Origin: Halobacteria archaeon
GTDB lineage: Archaea > Halobacteriota > Syntropharchaeia > JACQPP01
Direction of reading: 5' to 3'
Assembly: GCA_038869515.1 (NCBI GenBank)
Contig: JAWCQZ010000008.1
Location: forward strand, 12,633 to 76,632
DNA: 64,000 nt
This document shows positions 61,530 through 64,000 of this stretch, one piece after another. Made by a program: the position numbers and the translations under genes. Every line of letters begins with the position of its first letter. Within the stretch, counting starts at the first letter, position 1. Under the pieces are notes generated by a model, which saw nothing but the letters and a program-made list of their open reading frames with translations, was not told where the DNA came from and ran no database searches.

Positions 61530-62199
61530 CGCACGCCCTCCGGACGACGGCCGCCAGGCGGCGGAAGGAGCGGTCGGGGACGCCGGCCCGGGCCACCCGG
61601 GCGACCTCGGGGTTCCGGCCGAATGCGATGGAGAGGCCGGCCGCCCGCAGCATGGGGATGTCGTTCGCCCCGTCGCCCACCGCGATGGTGCGGGCCAGGT
61701 CGGTCCCGGTCCGGCGCGCGAGGTCCCGGAGGGCCCGGGCCTTGGCCCCCGGGGTCTGGAGGGGACCCCGAACCCGCCCGGTCAGGCGGCCCTTCCGGAC
61801 CTCCAAGGTATTTGCGGCCACATCGGTGATGCCGAGGCGATGGGCGATGGGGTCGGCCACCTCGTGGAAGCCGCCGGTCACGAGAGCTACCGAGAGGCCC
61901 CGGCGGCGGAACTCCCGGATAACGTCTGCAGCCCCGGGCCGCGGGCGGAGGCCGCGCGCCAGCCGCGCCACCTCCCGGGCCTCCATCCCCCGGAGGAGGG
62001 CGACCCGGCGGGTCAGAGCCCCCCGGAAATCGATTTCTCCGGCCATCGCCCGAGCGGTGATGCGCGCCACCTCGGGACCGCAGCCGCGGGCCCTCGCCAG
62101 GACGACGAGCGTCTCCACCGGGACGAGGGTCATGTCCATGTCGAGGGCGATGAGGGAGTATCGGGGGCTCAAGCCGGCCTCGCGGGTTTTGACATCCAT
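61516..62199 (-). CDS. serB: Phosphoserine phosphatase (HAD family)
   Basis: DxDxT motif (LDMDMTLV) and …VGDGANDIPML…. Confidence 0.8.
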   Translation of the reverse strand: MDVKTREAGLSPRYSLIALDMDMTLVPVETLVVLARARGCGPEVARITARAMAGEIDFRGALTRRVALLRGMEAREVARLARGLRPRPGAADVIREFRRRGLSVALVTGGFHEVADPIAHRLGITDVAANTLEVRKGRLTGRVRGPLQTPGAKARALRDLARRTGTDLARTIAVGDGANDIPMLRAAGLSIAFGRNPEVARVARAGVPDRSFRRLAAVVRRACDGSN

Positions 62200-63515
62200 T
62201 CGTAGGCCTCCCCGCGGGGGAAGTAAAGGTCGTCGAGGGAATAGCGGACCCTCTGGAAGGGGCGCCGCAACTCCCGAACGTCGCGCTTCACCTTCGCGAG
62301 CTCCTTCCCCCGGGCCGCCCGGAGAATCAACCCGGCGAGGGCCTCCATCTCCGACTTCCCGAAGCCGAGCCGGGTGACCTCCTGGGAGCCGATGCGGATG
62401 CCCGAGGGGTCGGTGGAGGCCCCGGGCGGGTCCCACGGCAGGAGGTTCTTGTTGACGATGATGTCGCACCTCTCCAGGTTCTCCGCCACCCGCGTGCCCC
62501 CGCCCATGGCGCTCACGTCCGCCGCGACCTGGTGGGACTCGGTGAAGCCCCGGTGCTCGGCGAGGACCTTCATCCCCCCCTCGTGGAGGGCGGCGGCGAG
62601 GGCCTTCGCGTTCTCGACGATGGCGCGGGCGTAGGCCTTCCCGAAGAGCCGCATCTCCTCCAGCGCCACGGCGAGGCCCGCCAGGTGGTGGAGGTGGTGG
62701 TTGCTGGTGGTCCCCGGGTAGACCCCTGCGTCCACGGCGTCGGCCACCTCCCGGGTGCAGAGAATCATCCCCCCCTGGGGGCCGGGCAGGGTTTTGTGGG
62801 TCGAACCGGTCAGGAGGTCGGCCCCCTCCCGGAGGGGGTCCTGGAACTTTCCGCCGGCGATGAGCCCCATGACGTGGGCGCCGTCGAACATGAGGCGGGC
62901 CCCGACCTCGGAGGCCGCCTCCCGCAGCTCGCGGACGGGGTGGGGGAAGAGGATGAGGGAGCCGCCGAGGACCACGACCTTGGGCCGGACTTCGCGGATT
63001 TTCTCAGCCGAGGCGTCGGCGTCCACGGAGAGGCTCGCGGGGTCGAAGGCGTGGTACTCGACCTTCAGGCCCCGGAGGCCGGCGGTGGAGAACCGGGCGT
63101 GCGAGATGTGGCCGCCGTGGGAAACCTTCAGCGACATGAGGGTGTCCCCGGGCTGGGCCAGGCCCCCGAAGGCGGCGAGGTTGGCGTTCATCCCCGAGAT
63201 GGGCTGGACGTTGGCGTGCTCGGCCCGGAACAGCCGCTTCGCCGCCTCGAGGGCCACCGCCTCGACCTCGTCCACGTACTGGCACCCCTGGTAGTAGCGC
63301 TCCCCCACCTTCCCTTCGGCGTAACGGTGGGAAAAATCGGTCGTCAGGAAGGAGCGCACGGTGAGGCTGGTCACGTTCTCGCTGGCGATGAGGGGAATGG
63401 CGCCGCGGAGGAGGCGGTGCTGCCCAAGGGTGGCCTCGAAGACCTTCCGGACGCCCGCGGGGGCCCGCCGGGGCCCCTTTCGGGAAGCCATGGCGAGGGA
63501 GGCAGGGAGCCCCAT
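62169..63515 (-). CDS. glyA: Serine hydroxymethyltransferase
   Basis: …LIASEN… and the PLP-Lys motif …TGSTHKTLPGPQGG…. Start at MGLPASLA (63513-63515) or MASRKG (63491). Confidence 0.9.
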   Translation of the reverse strand: MGLPASLAMASRKGPRRAPAGVRKVFEATLGQHRLLRGAIPLIASENVTSLTVRSFLTTDFSHRYAEGKVGERYYQGCQYVDEVEAVALEAAKRLFRAEHANVQPISGMNANLAAFGGLAQPGDTLMSLKVSHGGHISHARFSTAGLRGLKVEYHAFDPASLSVDADASAEKIREVRPKVVVLGGSLILFPHPVRELREAASEVGARLMFDGAHVMGLIAGGKFQDPLREGADLLTGSTHKTLPGPQGGMILCTREVADAVDAGVYPGTTSNHHLHHLAGLAVALEEMRLFGKAYARAIVENAKALAAALHEGGMKVLAEHRGFTESHQVAADVSAMGGGTRVAENLERCDIIVNKNLLPWDPPGASTDPSGIRIGSQEVTRLGFGKSEMEALAGLILRAARGKELAKVKRDVRELRRPFQRVRYSLDDLYFPRGEAYEWMSKPARPA

Positions 63516-63592
63516 TTCAACCTTGCCCTTCGCGCGGGAAGCCTCGCGACGAGAGCGAAAGAGGTATTGTCGGGTCCGCCCCAAATCCAGGG

Positions 63593-64000
63593 ATGCCGAC
63601 CCGGGTGCTCATTCTCTCCATCGACCGCGACGACGACCTCGGGGTCAAGACCTCCATCCGCTCCCCCGTCATGGGCCGCGAGGCGGTCCTCGACGCCGCG
63701 ACCCGGCTCGCCCTCGCCGACCCGACCGAGTCGGACGCGAACGCCCTCTTCGGGGCCGTCAAATTGTTCGATGAACTCCGGGCGAAGGGGGAGGAGGCGG
63801 AGGTGGCCGCCGTCTCGGGCCACCCCAACGTGGGGCTCCAGTCCGACCGGACCGTCGCGGCCCAACTGGACGAGGTGGTCCAGAAGACCGGCGCCCGGAA
63901 TGTCATCGTGGTCTCCGACGGCGCGGACGACGAGTTCGTCCTGCCCCTCGTCCAGTCCCGCCTGAAGGTGGAGGCGATGCACCGGGTGGTCGTCGCCCAG
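63593..64000 (+). CDS. DUF373-like archaeal membrane protein, 3'-truncated by the window end
   Basis: ATG at 63593. MPTRVLILSIDRDDDLGVKTSIRSPVMGREAVLDAATRLALADP… matches the DUF373 N-terminus from memory. It is absent from the ORF track because no stop lies within the window. Confidence 0.45.
   Translation, partial: MPTRVLILSIDRDDDLGVKTSIRSPVMGREAVLDAATRLALADPTESDANALFGAVKLFDELRAKGEEAEVAAVSGHPNVGLQSDRTVAAQLDEVVQKTGARNVIVVSDGADDEFVLPLVQSRLKVEAMHRVVVAQ

Overview
This is a very GC-rich archaeal chromosomal segment, densely packed with genes on both strands and frequently linked by 4-nt ATGA/GTGA start-stop overlaps. Archaeal hallmarks include the proteasome-activating nucleotidase PAN, Cdc48, Pth2, MBF1, aIF5A with deoxyhypusine synthase, GatD, Cbf5 and an archaeal Cmk. 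A chromatin protein MC1 and a secreted WD40 protein carrying a PGF-CTERM archaeosortase signal point to a non-halophilic member of the Methanomicrobia/Halobacteriota lineage (inference). Most of the window is housekeeping: tRNA modification (TruD, Cbf5), tRNA-Gly(GCC), tRNA-Trp(CCA), CysS, CarB, ArgH, HemA, PdxT, GlyA/SerB and purine salvage. There is also a lipid/beta-oxidation-like gene set (two acyl-CoA dehydrogenases, a tandem-SDR fusion, SCP2, a PaaI thioesterase) and carbohydrate-related genes (GH1, a BNR/sialidase-like secreted protein, a PfkB kinase). The most unusual items are: (1) a PadR regulator with a Cys-rich wing insertion, divergent from an unannotated 31-aa Cys/His-rich membrane peptide with a strong Shine-Dalgarno sequence; (2) tandem CTAAC-N5-GTTAG palindromes overlapping the TATA box of an hsp20-cdc48 operon, the motif bound by Archaeoglobus HSR1; (3) an operon coupling a membrane-anchored Lon-C (S16) peptidase domain to a membrane-anchored DUF151 nuclease domain; (4) a cysteine synthase-like PALP gene coupled to cysS in which the Asp after the active-site Lys is replaced by Trp; (5) a YidC/DUF106 homolog with a Cys-containing extracytoplasmic insertion. 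No CRISPR arrays, transposases, integrases or inteins were seen.
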